From the NCBI GenBank assembly GCA_030053915.1, contig JASGCT010000003.1:8779-72778 (forward strand): a DNA stretch of 64,000 bases, in the 5' to 3' direction. The DNA is from Alphaproteobacteria bacterium (GTDB lineage: Bacteria; Bacteroidota; Bacteroidia; Chitinophagales; Chitinophagaceae). How positions within the stretch are numbered: the stretch's first letter is position 1; every line of letters begins with the position of its first letter. This document shows, in pieces, positions 1 to 8,515 of this stretch. The notes beneath the pieces were generated by a model that had not been told where the DNA came from, made no database searches, and saw nothing but the letters and a program-made list of their open reading frames with translations. The translations under genes were made by a program, and so were the position numbers.

Positions 1-2
1 CC

Positions 3-1016
3 GATTTTATGCTGGGTGCTTATGCAAGTTGGGAAGTTGATATTGTGAAAAAATTACGTAACGCTAGAAAATCTGCAATTATAAAGTATCTTGCCAGCCA
101 AGAAAACAGACAATTTATGATCACAAATTTAGTAGCAGAAATTGCTGATGCTTATTACGAACTTTTAGCCTTAGATAATTTGCTAATTATTATCAATCAA
201 AATATTGATATTCAATCGAATGCTCTTAAAATTATTAAACAACAAAAAGATGTTGGAAAAGTAACCTTATTAGCCGTCAATCGTTTTGAAGCGCAGTTAT
301 TAAATACGCAAAATCTTCAATACGAATATAAACAAAAGATTATTGAAATTGAGAATCGAATTAATTTTTTAACAGCCAGAACCCCGCTACCTATAAATCG
401 CCCAAACACTAATTTTTCTAACATTGATTTAAAAGATATACAAACGGGGATTCCTGCTCAACTTTTAGTAAACCGACCTGATATTCGACAAGCTGAATTA
501 AACTTGATGGCATCTAAAATTGATGTTAAAGTTGCTAAAGCCTATTTTATGCCTTCACTTAATATACGTGCAGGTATTGGCTTCCAATCGTTTAACCCCA
601 TTTTTTTATTGAATCCTGAATCTTTTTTATATAATTTAGCTGGCGACTTAATGGCGCCTTTAATTAATAAAAACGCCATTAAAGCAAACTATGCCTCAGC
701 CAATGCTAAACAATTACAAGCAGTTTTCATGTACGAACAAACAATTTTAAATGCTTATCTGGATGTTTTAAATCAAATGTCTAAAATTGATAACTATACT
801 AAAAGCTTTGAAACTAAATCTAAAGAAGTAAACATTTTAATTGAATCAATTCATATATCCCAAAGTTTATTTAACTCTGCCCGTGCAGATTATGGCGAGG
901 TTTTATTAACACAACGCGAAGCCCTTGAAGCCAAGTTGCAATTAATTGAAATAAAATTGAAACTTATGAATGGCAAAATTAATATATATCGAGCCTTAGG
1001 TGGTGGTTGGAATTAA
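3..1016 (+). CDS. TolC/NodT-family outer-membrane efflux protein, C-terminal part (5' end lies left of the window)
   Basis: The frame is open from base 3, and track ORF 9..1016 merely begins at an internal Met. The C-terminus ...INIYRALGGGWN is family-typical, and the repeated helical segments are typical of outer membrane factor proteins. Confidence 0.7.
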   Translation, partial: DFMLGAYASWEVDIVKKLRNARKSAIIKYLASQENRQFMITNLVAEIADAYYELLALDNLLIIINQNIDIQSNALKIIKQQKDVGKVTLLAVNRFEAQLLNTQNLQYEYKQKIIEIENRINFLTARTPLPINRPNTNFSNIDLKDIQTGIPAQLLVNRPDIRQAELNLMASKIDVKVAKAYFMPSLNIRAGIGFQSFNPIFLLNPESFLYNLAGDLMAPLINKNAIKANYASANAKQLQAVFMYEQTILNAYLDVLNQMSKIDNYTKSFETKSKEVNILIESIHISQSLFNSARADYGEVLLTQREALEAKLQLIEIKLKLMNGKINIYRALGGGWN

Positions 1017-1052
1017 CAAGGATTATTGAGCTTGTTAAATGATATTAAATAA

Positions 1053-1637
1053 TTATTGAGGTTTAGTTGCTTTATCGTAATGTTCTAATATACGATAGAA
1101 TTCTTCGCCAAATTTACGAATGATGGGTTCTTTTAAAAAAACAAACACCGGAATTTTTAATTGATTCCCTAAACTGCAGGCAGCATTACATAATTGTTCC
1201 CTCGGCTCAAAATTAACATAATTTAAATCCTCTTGAACCTCGCTTTTAGTAACAATAATTGGAAATAAATGACATGAAAGTGGTTTTTTAAATGGGATCA
1301 ATCCAGCCTTATAAAATTTTTCAAATAAACAAATGATAACGCCGTTGTCATTTTTTTTGCCATAAACACAAAGCCCGTCTGGAGCAGTTGGTGTTACCCA
1401 GCCAAACTCGTTATGAAATACATATAAACCTTGGTCTTCTATAGTTTTAATAGCTATAAGGCGCATGTCCGATTTAATGCGTGGAAATGCCTTTTCTATT
1501 TCTATTTTTTCAGAATCTGTAATTTTGGGTCCTGCATCTCCATCTTCACAACATCCACCTTTGCATTTTGATAAATCGCAACAAAACTTCTCTTTAAAAA
1601 TTTCTAAGGAGACTAAGGTATTTTCAATTTGTAACAT
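1053..1637 (-). CDS. DUF3109-like Cys-rich protein
   Basis: 194 aa. The N-terminal signature FCCDLSKCKGGCC plus further conserved Cys matches my memory of the Bacteroidota DUF3109 family. It lies directly downstream of gldD. Confidence 0.5.
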   Translation of the reverse strand: MLQIENTLVSLEIFKEKFCCDLSKCKGGCCEDGDAGPKITDSEKIEIEKAFPRIKSDMRLIAIKTIEDQGLYVFHNEFGWVTPTAPDGLCVYGKKNDNGVIICLFEKFYKAGLIPFKKPLSCHLFPIIVTKSEVQEDLNYVNFEPREQLCNAACSLGNQLKIPVFVFLKEPIIRKFGEEFYRILEHYDKATKPQ

Positions 1638-1640
1638 ATT

Positions 1641-2234
1641 TTAATTTTTCCACTTTAAAGTATTAATTAAGTGATACATATCTTTTACAATAAAGTCGTT
1701 AACAATTTTCAATGAATCTTCATTGGGTGCAGTATTAAAATATAAAGTACCTCTTAAAAAATGTTTAACCGAGTCTGTAACATAAAATTGATTGGCTGTA
1801 GCCACATCACCTTGTAATACAAAAAACAACCCAGATACTTTATTAGAATTATGGATTGGATATTCGTCTATTGAAGTTGCTTTAACAGTGTGTCTTGCGG
1901 CTAAATGAAAACATTCATTGATAATTTTTTCTAATGACGATTTTTTTATATCTTTATAACTTAAATAAATGGTGCCACCCAAACTAGGAAATTGTATATT
2001 TATCCAGAATTCATTGTCTTTTTCATGTTCAAAAATGGAACTATCTTTTTGAATATAGGCATAACTTGGATATTCAAATTGATACGGATAATTTTTAAGA
2101 TTAAATTGTTTATAATATCCCGTTGGAAATTGCACTTGGGCATAGCCACGCGGCTTGGGTGTAAAATTTGAATTACAACCCACTATCATTATGAAAAGTA
2201 TAGAAATGACAATAACCAAAGGACTTTGTTTCAT
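1641..2234 (-). CDS. gldD: gliding motility lipoprotein GldD
   Basis: 197 aa with a lipoprotein signal (…IMIVGC). GldD-like strings PKPRGY, QFYVTDS.KHFLRGTLYF and PNEDSL are present. It abuts the gldE-like gene as in Flavobacterium johnsoniae. Confidence 0.7.
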   Translation of the reverse strand: MKQSPLVIVISILFIMIVGCNSNFTPKPRGYAQVQFPTGYYKQFNLKNYPYQFEYPSYAYIQKDSSIFEHEKDNEFWINIQFPSLGGTIYLSYKDIKKSSLEKIINECFHLAARHTVKATSIDEYPIHNSNKVSGLFFVLQGDVATANQFYVTDSVKHFLRGTLYFNTAPNEDSLKIVNDFIVKDMYHLINTLKWKN

Positions 2235-3509
2235 TTAATAGAATTGCATTTTAATTTTGGAAATACGATAGCCTACCATATCTATAATCGTTAATATGCC
2301 AAAGGGCGCGCCATTGTAAATCATATGAATCTTAGGAATATCTTGCAATACATCAATCATAAAACCAGCCATCGTATAAACATCGCTATTGGGTGTTAAT
2401 AAATGCATTAGTTGTATATTAAAGTATTTTTCAACTTCGTCAATTTGCATCTTGCCATCAATAATAAACACTTTTTCTGAAAGTTGTTTGATGTCTTGAT
2501 TTCCAATGTCATCAAACTCGTCTTGAATATCTCCTACTATTTCTTCTAAAATATCTTCTAAAGTAACGATGCCTTCGGTTTCTCCAAACTCGTTAATTAC
2601 AATCGCTAATTGAATACCTTGCTCTTGAAATTGCGCCATAAGTTCAGGAAGTTTTTTATTTTCGTGAATATAAAACGCGGGTTTTATTAAAGTATGCCAA
2701 TTAAATTCAGAATCATTTAAATAAGGTAAAATATCTTGGGTATGGAGCATGCCTACTATATTATTCAAGGAATTTTCATAAACTGGAAATCGGCTATATT
2801 TATAACTTAAAATATCTTTAACTAAATCTTCAAAACATAAATTAAATTGCAAGGCTACAAGATCTATTTTTACTTGCATTATTTGTTTAATCGATTTATC
2901 GCTTAAATGTACGATACCTTTGAGCATATTTTTTTCAATGGGCTTATAGAATTGATTATCATTAATAAATTTTAGAATCTGATGTTTATTGTTGATACTA
3001 ATGAACCTATTTTTTTTGTGCTTTATAAAATTATCTACCGTAAGAACAATCTTGGATAAAGGGTAGAATAGTTTAAAAAAAACAAACACAAAATTTATAA
3101 AAAATGGAATAGACGCATTATACCGTTTCGATGCTATGAGTTTTGGTAAAAGGTCAATAACTATTATTAAAAATATACCAAACACTATCATTTTAATAAT
3201 CGCTTCAATATACCAATTATTAATTTTATTACGAAAATATTCATTAAAAATAAAATTCAAAATTATAATAATACTTACAAATAAAATTTGAATAAAAACA
3301 TTATAGATAATAAAAAACTTATTATCATTTTTAAGCATAAACAATGTTCTTTTATAACAAACCTTACGATGTATTTTTAAAAAACGTATATTAATATGTT
3401 TTAAAGAAAATAAACTTTCTTTAACAAGCATAAATATAAACAACGCGCCAATAAGTAGAATTAAAATAAAGCTAATGATGAGCTCTTGAAAATTATTAAA
3501 ATTATCCAT
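2235..3509 (-). CDS. gldE: gliding motility-associated protein GldE (CNNM/DUF21 TM domain + CBS pair + CorC/HlyC C-terminal domain)
   Basis: 424 aa. It has an N-terminal multi-TM region, a CBS-pair-like centre (…YSRFPVYENSLNNIVGMLHTQDILPYL) and a CorC-type C-terminus. It lies immediately upstream of gldD with no gap. Confidence 0.7.
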   Translation of the reverse strand: MDNFNNFQELIISFILILLIGALFIFMLVKESLFSLKHINIRFLKIHRKVCYKRTLFMLKNDNKFFIIYNVFIQILFVSIIIILNFIFNEYFRNKINNWYIEAIIKMIVFGIFLIIVIDLLPKLIASKRYNASIPFFINFVFVFFKLFYPLSKIVLTVDNFIKHKKNRFISINNKHQILKFINDNQFYKPIEKNMLKGIVHLSDKSIKQIMQVKIDLVALQFNLCFEDLVKDILSYKYSRFPVYENSLNNIVGMLHTQDILPYLNDSEFNWHTLIKPAFYIHENKKLPELMAQFQEQGIQLAIVINEFGETEGIVTLEDILEEIVGDIQDEFDDIGNQDIKQLSEKVFIIDGKMQIDEVEKYFNIQLMHLLTPNSDVYTMAGFMIDVLQDIPKIHMIYNGAPFGILTIIDMVGYRISKIKMQFY

Positions 3510-3639
3510 AATTAAGCAAAAGGAGATAAAATAGTTTTATGTAATATTGGGTAATTTTTTTGAGTTAAATAAAAATGTGATATGAAATAACGTACCATGT
3601 AATACAAATAAAATTACTACAATAAAATTACAAATAAAT

Positions 3640-4950
3640 TTAAAAAATTTTATTATATAAATAGTATAAAAAAACGCCAATTCCAGTGGAATGATCGTAG
3701 CCCGGAACTAAATATTTTATATTATTTTGCAGATCTAAATTTACATAATTTCCTCCATTTCGTATTATCGCATTATATGCACTATCAGCCGCAAAAGGGA
3801 ATACTAAATTATCGCTGCCGCCTTGAAATAACGTAATGGGCGATTTGGGCTTAAAATTATAAACATTATTATCTCTTAATCCATAAAAATTTTGAATGAT
3901 GGGCGCAACTCTATTAAGCCAGTCAGTTCTAAACGAATTATTAAAAAGTAATTTGACAGAATCAGTAATTGTAGGCGTTGTTAAATAAGGCCAGGTTACA
4001 ATGGCATTTGTTTGAAAAACATTTGTATATGGTGCATTTGTAAAAAAACTTAAAGGATACATGGGCTGAATATAATAATTATTATAACACCAAAGAAATT
4101 TTACATAAAAACCTAATGAAGGATTGGGCATATTTTGTTTAAATACCGAATCACCAAGATAAAATGGGATATATGGACCAGAACCACACATCGATAAACG
4201 AACAGGTTGTTGATTCGTTGATTCTAAGGTTTTATGTAAGCCCATGGTTGCCAAACCACCTTCTGAATAACCAAATAATGTGGCTGAATCATTCACAAGT
4301 CTATAGTTTCTCTTGTTTAAAAATTCTTTAACAGCTTTTAACATATCCGCTGAAACAATTCCTAAATGAGGTTGGGCGTATGTTTCTAAACTATTTTTTG
4401 AGATACCAAAACCAATATAATCTGGGCACGAAACCACATATCCAGCTGATGCCGTTGGTGTTACAAATGGTTGCGTAGTTAAGCCTGTTGAAAGATTGAA
4501 ATTCCCATAATTAGATGGTGCATCATTTTGAGACGAAATGGTAGGGTGCTGATACGACGCTAATTTATAAGCCGAACTCGTGGTATCTGGAACGGCGATA
4601 GCCCCTGAAAGTACAATTTTAGTGTTATTAGGTAAAATACTATTATAGGTAATTTTATAAACCTTAATGCCATATTTTAAAGCAGGAAATAATTTATTAT
4701 CAATTAAAGCCGTGAACCCTGGAATCGCTGCAAAATCTGGATTCAATTTAAAAAAGCCAACCAATTGTTGTATTTCGGCTAATGTATATTGTTTTACAAG
4801 GGTATCGCTCACTAAATAACTATTTGTTTCGATATCGGGTATTATAGTGGTTTCTTGTTTGCAAGAATATATAACAAATGTTGTTATTAAAACCAACACA
4901 ATATTTTGAGGTATCTTAATTTGTAATAGAATTGTAGATATTTTTTTCAT
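3640..4950 (-). CDS. secreted alpha/beta-hydrolase (lipase-like)
   Basis: 436 aa with an N-terminal signal/lipobox-like segment (…FVIYSC) and the nucleophile elbow G-Y-S-E-G-G. The exact family was not recognised. Confidence 0.45.
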   Translation of the reverse strand: MKKISTILLQIKIPQNIVLVLITTFVIYSCKQETTIIPDIETNSYLVSDTLVKQYTLAEIQQLVGFFKLNPDFAAIPGFTALIDNKLFPALKYGIKVYKITYNSILPNNTKIVLSGAIAVPDTTSSAYKLASYQHPTISSQNDAPSNYGNFNLSTGLTTQPFVTPTASAGYVVSCPDYIGFGISKNSLETYAQPHLGIVSADMLKAVKEFLNKRNYRLVNDSATLFGYSEGGLATMGLHKTLESTNQQPVRLSMCGSGPYIPFYLGDSVFKQNMPNPSLGFYVKFLWCYNNYYIQPMYPLSFFTNAPYTNVFQTNAIVTWPYLTTPTITDSVKLLFNNSFRTDWLNRVAPIIQNFYGLRDNNVYNFKPKSPITLFQGGSDNLVFPFAADSAYNAIIRNGGNYVNLDLQNNIKYLVPGYDHSTGIGVFLYYLYNKIF

Positions 4951-4953
4951 TTT

Positions 4954-7083
4954 TTAGTAATTTAATAATTTTTGGATTGTTTCAGCAAGTCTTGATTCAG
5001 CTAAAAATTGTTTTTCGAGTTTTATATTGAAAGGAATTGGCGTGTCTAAGGATGCACAACGAAGGACTGGGGCATCTAAAGATTCAAAGCAATGTTCGGT
5101 GATCCAGGCAGCAATTTCGCCACCAATGCCACCCAGAAGGGTATCCTCGTGTAATAAAAGCACTTTGCCAGTTGCTAAAACGGCTTGAGTAATGGCATCA
5201 TAATCTAAGGGTGCCAGAGTTCTTAAATCGAGTATATAAATTGAAATGTCTGGATGCTTCGCTTGATATTGTTTAATCCAATGAACGCCCATACCATAAG
5301 TTATGACTGAAATAGTTTCACCTTCTGCAATAACCTTTGCTTTACCAATTGGTATTTCATAATAAGTTTCAGAAACAAAATCATCGATGCTTCTATAGAG
5401 GGCTTTGTGTTCAAAATACATAACAGGGTTCGGGTCGTTAATAGCTGAAATTAAGAGTCCCTTAGCATCAATTGGATTTGAAGGATAAACTACTTTTAAG
5501 CCTGGTGTATGGGTAAACCAGGCTTCATTACTTTGTGAATGAAATGGTCCAGCCCCAACACCTCCGCCCGTAGGCATTCTAATAACAACATCGGCATTTT
5601 GCCCCCAACGGTAGTGTATTTTAGCTAAATTATTTACAATTTGATTAAAGCCTACGCTTACAAAATCGGCAAATTGCATTTCCATAATCGCTTTCATAGA
5701 TTCTAAACTAAGTCCCAAGGCAGTACCTACTACTACACTTTCGCAAATAGGGGTATTTCGTATGCGATCTTTTCCAAATTCGGTTACAAAATTTTCGGTA
5801 ACTTTAAATGAACCACCATATTCTGCAATGTCTTGTCCCATAATAATTAAATCAGGGTGTTGATGTAACGATTGTTTTAAAGCATCGCTAATAGCCTCAA
5901 TAAAACGCATTTTTCTTTTTGGAACTTCAGAGGGTATTTCATCAAATTGAAGGTAATAATTTGATTTTGGGGCATAGACATCGTTAAGTTCAAACTCTTC
6001 ATTTAGAAAGATGCCATCCGGGTTAAAAGCGAGTTCTAATTCTTTTTCGATATACTCTTTAAGATAAGCAGTCGTATTATCAATATCTGTTTCTGTTAAG
6101 AGTCCCTTTAGTTTTAGATAATTTTCAAACTCTTCATTTAGAAAGATGCCATCCGGGTTAAAAGCGAGTTCTAATTCTTTTTCGATATACTCTTTAAGAT
6201 AAGCAGTCGTATTATCAATATCTGTTTCTGTTAAGAGTCCCTTTAGTTTTAGATAATTTTCAAATTGTTTGATAGGGTCTTTTTTAGCCCAGTGTTCAAA
6301 ATATTCTTGGGGTACATATTTTACACCGCTGGCTTCTTCATGCCCTCGCATTCTAAAAGTCATCGCTTCAATTAAGATCGGCTTTTTTAAACTTATACAA
6401 TAATGACGGGCTTCGGTGATGCAATTGTAAACTTCTACTAAGTTATTACCGTCAATTTGCACACCTTTCATGCCGTAGCCACGAGCGCGGTCAACCAAAC
6501 GTTCACACCGATACTGTTCCTGCGATGGGGTACTAAGTCCGTAGCCATTATTTTCTATTAAAAAAATTACGGGTAAATCCCAAACAGCGGCTAAATTAAG
6601 GGCTTCGTGAAAGTCGCCTTCGCTTGTGCCGCCGTCCCCAGTAAAAGCTAATGAGCATTTCGCTTGATTTTTTAATTTATAAGCTAAAGAAGTACCTGTT
6701 GCTATGGTAAGTTGCGGACCTAAATGCGAAATCATGCCACAAATAAAATGTTCTTTAGACCCAAAGTGAAAACTGCGTTCTCGTCCTTTTGAATAGCCAC
6801 TAAAAGCACCTTGCCATTGTCTAAATAAATTTTTTAAAGGCATGTTTCGGGTAGTAAAAACGCCTAAGTTACGATGCAAGGGAAAAATCCACTCATCGTC
6901 TTTCATAGCTAAAGTAGCTCCAACTGAGATCGCTTCTTGACCAATACCACTAAACCATTTACTAATTTTACCTTGCCGTAACAAAACCAACATCTTGTCT
7001 TCAATAAGTCTTGGTAAAAGTAGGTGTTGATAAAAATCTACCAATTCTTTATCTTGAATATGTTGCCGTTGTCCTAAAGACAT
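4954..7083 (-). CDS. fused alpha/beta E1 component of a 2-oxoacid (pyruvate/branched-chain type) dehydrogenase, carrying an internal 45-aa duplication
   Basis: 709 aa. The alpha module carries the TPP motif GDGGTSEGDFHEALN…NNGYG. The beta module reads GQDIAEYGGSFKVT…RNTPICES…EMQFADF. The fused arrangement is typical of Bacteroidota. Confidence 0.85.
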   Translation of the reverse strand: MSLGQRQHIQDKELVDFYQHLLLPRLIEDKMLVLLRQGKISKWFSGIGQEAISVGATLAMKDDEWIFPLHRNLGVFTTRNMPLKNLFRQWQGAFSGYSKGRERSFHFGSKEHFICGMISHLGPQLTIATGTSLAYKLKNQAKCSLAFTGDGGTSEGDFHEALNLAAVWDLPVIFLIENNGYGLSTPSQEQYRCERLVDRARGYGMKGVQIDGNNLVEVYNCITEARHYCISLKKPILIEAMTFRMRGHEEASGVKYVPQEYFEHWAKKDPIKQFENYLKLKGLLTETDIDNTTAYLKEYIEKELELAFNPDGIFLNEEFENYLKLKGLLTETDIDNTTAYLKEYIEKELELAFNPDGIFLNEEFELNDVYAPKSNYYLQFDEIPSEVPKRKMRFIEAISDALKQSLHQHPDLIIMGQDIAEYGGSFKVTENFVTEFGKDRIRNTPICESVVVGTALGLSLESMKAIMEMQFADFVSVGFNQIVNNLAKIHYRWGQNADVVIRMPTGGGVGAGPFHSQSNEAWFTHTPGLKVVYPSNPIDAKGLLISAINDPNPVMYFEHKALYRSIDDFVSETYYEIPIGKAKVIAEGETISVITYGMGVHWIKQYQAKHPDISIYILDLRTLAPLDYDAITQAVLATGKVLLLHEDTLLGGIGGEIAAWITEHCFESLDAPVLRCASLDTPIPFNIKLEKQFLAESRLAETIQKLLNY
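5989..6264. repeat. perfect 135-bp direct tandem duplication (2.04 copies) inside the E1 gene
   Basis: 5989-6123 is identical to 6124-6258, and the identity continues 6 bp into a third unit, ending at 6265. The period is 135 bp (45 codons, in frame). The unit encodes FENYLKLKGLLTETDIDNTTAYLKEYIEKELELAFNPDGIFLNEE twice. Confidence 0.95.
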
Positions 7084-7094
7084 AAAAGGTATTT

Positions 7095-7877
7095 TTAATC
7101 TCTTGAGCTTAATTTAGTTAGAAGTCTTAATATTTCAAGATATAACCAAACTAATGTTACCAATAACCCAAATGCGGCGAACCATTCCATATATTTTGGA
7201 GCACCTTGATTGGCATTTTGTTCAATCATATCAAAATCAAGTAACAAATTAAAAGCGGCAATGCCCACAATAAATAGGCTGATACCAATACTTAAAGTAC
7301 CGCCACCATTAATAAAACTCATATTTAACCCAAATAAAGAAAGTATCCAAGTTAGTAAATAAAAAATGGCGATGCCTACAGTTGCCATTAATATGATACT
7401 TCTTAATTTTTCGGTTACTTTAATGATTCTAAAATTGTAGAGCAAAAACATGGCAAAAGCCACGCCTAAGGTGAGTCCTATGGCTTGAACAATAATGTTA
7501 TTATAAACTGTGGGTTGTCCCTCAGCATTTACCCCAACTTGATTGTTAATAACAACTGAAATGCCACCTAAAAAAAGTCCTTCAGCAATGGCATAAGCGG
7601 GTGCTATATAGCGAGCAAACATGGGTTTAAAGCACATGACTAAACATAAAATAAAGCCTAAGATAGCGCCGCCAAATGTAAGGGCATACATGGCAGTCAT
7701 TTTACCGATGCCATAAAAATGCCAGGTTACACCTGCACCAATAAAAACGGCTAACATTAAAAAGCCAAATTTATTAATGGTGCCTTTTACGGTCATTAAG
7801 CCTTGTGAAGACGCATAGTTTGTATAAGTATTATTAAAATACTTTTGAGCTAAGGTTGGGTTACTCGATCTAAACAT
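7095..7877 (-). CDS. Bax inhibitor-1/YccA family membrane protein
   Basis: 260 aa with about 7 TM segments. The N-terminus MFRSSNPTL and the C-terminal charged tail are typical of BI-1/YccA proteins in Bacteroidota. Confidence 0.65.
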   Translation of the reverse strand: MFRSSNPTLAQKYFNNTYTNYASSQGLMTVKGTINKFGFLMLAVFIGAGVTWHFYGIGKMTAMYALTFGGAILGFILCLVMCFKPMFARYIAPAYAIAEGLFLGGISVVINNQVGVNAEGQPTVYNNIIVQAIGLTLGVAFAMFLLYNFRIIKVTEKLRSIILMATVGIAIFYLLTWILSLFGLNMSFINGGGTLSIGISLFIVGIAAFNLLLDFDMIEQNANQGAPKYMEWFAAFGLLVTLVWLYLEILRLLTKLSSRD

Positions 7878-7896
7878 AATTTTAAATTTTAATACG

Positions 7897-7904
7897 CAAA
7901 GGTA
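7897..7904 (-). promoter_or_regulatory. Bacteroidota -7 box TACCTTTG for the BI-1 gene
   Basis: Matches TAnnTTTG on the minus strand, 19 nt upstream of start 7877. Confidence 0.5.
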
Positions 7905-8029
7905 ACATTTTTTTAGATATTTAAAATGATTTTTTAAAAAATTTATATCGATTAATAGTATATTTTTTGATATTTTTGGAATTTATCACTTTTTTATTAG
8001 TAAAATTCATAAATTTTTATATTTTTTTG

Positions 8030-8037
8030 TATATTTG
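8030..8037 (+). promoter_or_regulatory. -7 box TATATTTG for the DsbD-alpha-like/dsbD pair
   Basis: Matches TAnnTTTG, 14 nt upstream of ATG 8052. Confidence 0.5.
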
Positions 8038-8051
8038 CAAAAATATTATCT

Positions 8052-8513
8052 ATGAATAAAATGTATCTAAGCTTCTGTATGATTTGTTTATTAACATATC
8101 AAGGTACCTTTTCTCAAAAAACCGCACTCGACCCTGCTTCATTAACTACTGAAGTTAAAAAAATATCAGAGAAAGAGTACGATTTAATTGTTCATGTTGC
8201 TATTAAAGAGGGCTGGCATATTTATTCGCAAAATATAAAAGAAGGTGGTCCAATTCCTACATCTTTAACATTTTCTAAAAACCCACTTCTTGAATTGGTA
8301 GGAAAAGTTAAAGAAGTTGGGAAAATTGAATCTAATTTCGACCCTAATTTTAATTTAGAGTTATTCTATTATTCACATACAGTGGATTTAATTCAACGTG
8401 TAAAATTAAAAGCCAAGGCAAAAACTTCGGTTACTGCTAAAATGGAATATATGGTTTGTACTAATAAAGAATGCCTGCCGCCTAAAACAAAATCTGTAGC
8501 TTTTAATTTTTAA
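8052..8513 (+). CDS. secreted DsbD N-terminal (alpha)-domain-like protein with Cys pair
   Basis: 153 aa with a signal peptide. The motif EGWHIYS and the C-terminal C-x4-C-L-P-P (MVCTNKECLPP) resemble the redox-active DsbD-alpha domain. Confidence 0.6.
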   Translation: MNKMYLSFCMICLLTYQGTFSQKTALDPASLTTEVKKISEKEYDLIVHVAIKEGWHIYSQNIKEGGPIPTSLTFSKNPLLELVGKVKEVGKIESNFDPNFNLELFYYSHTVDLIQRVKLKAKAKTSVTAKMEYMVCTNKECLPPKTKSVAFNF

Positions 8514-8515
8514 AA

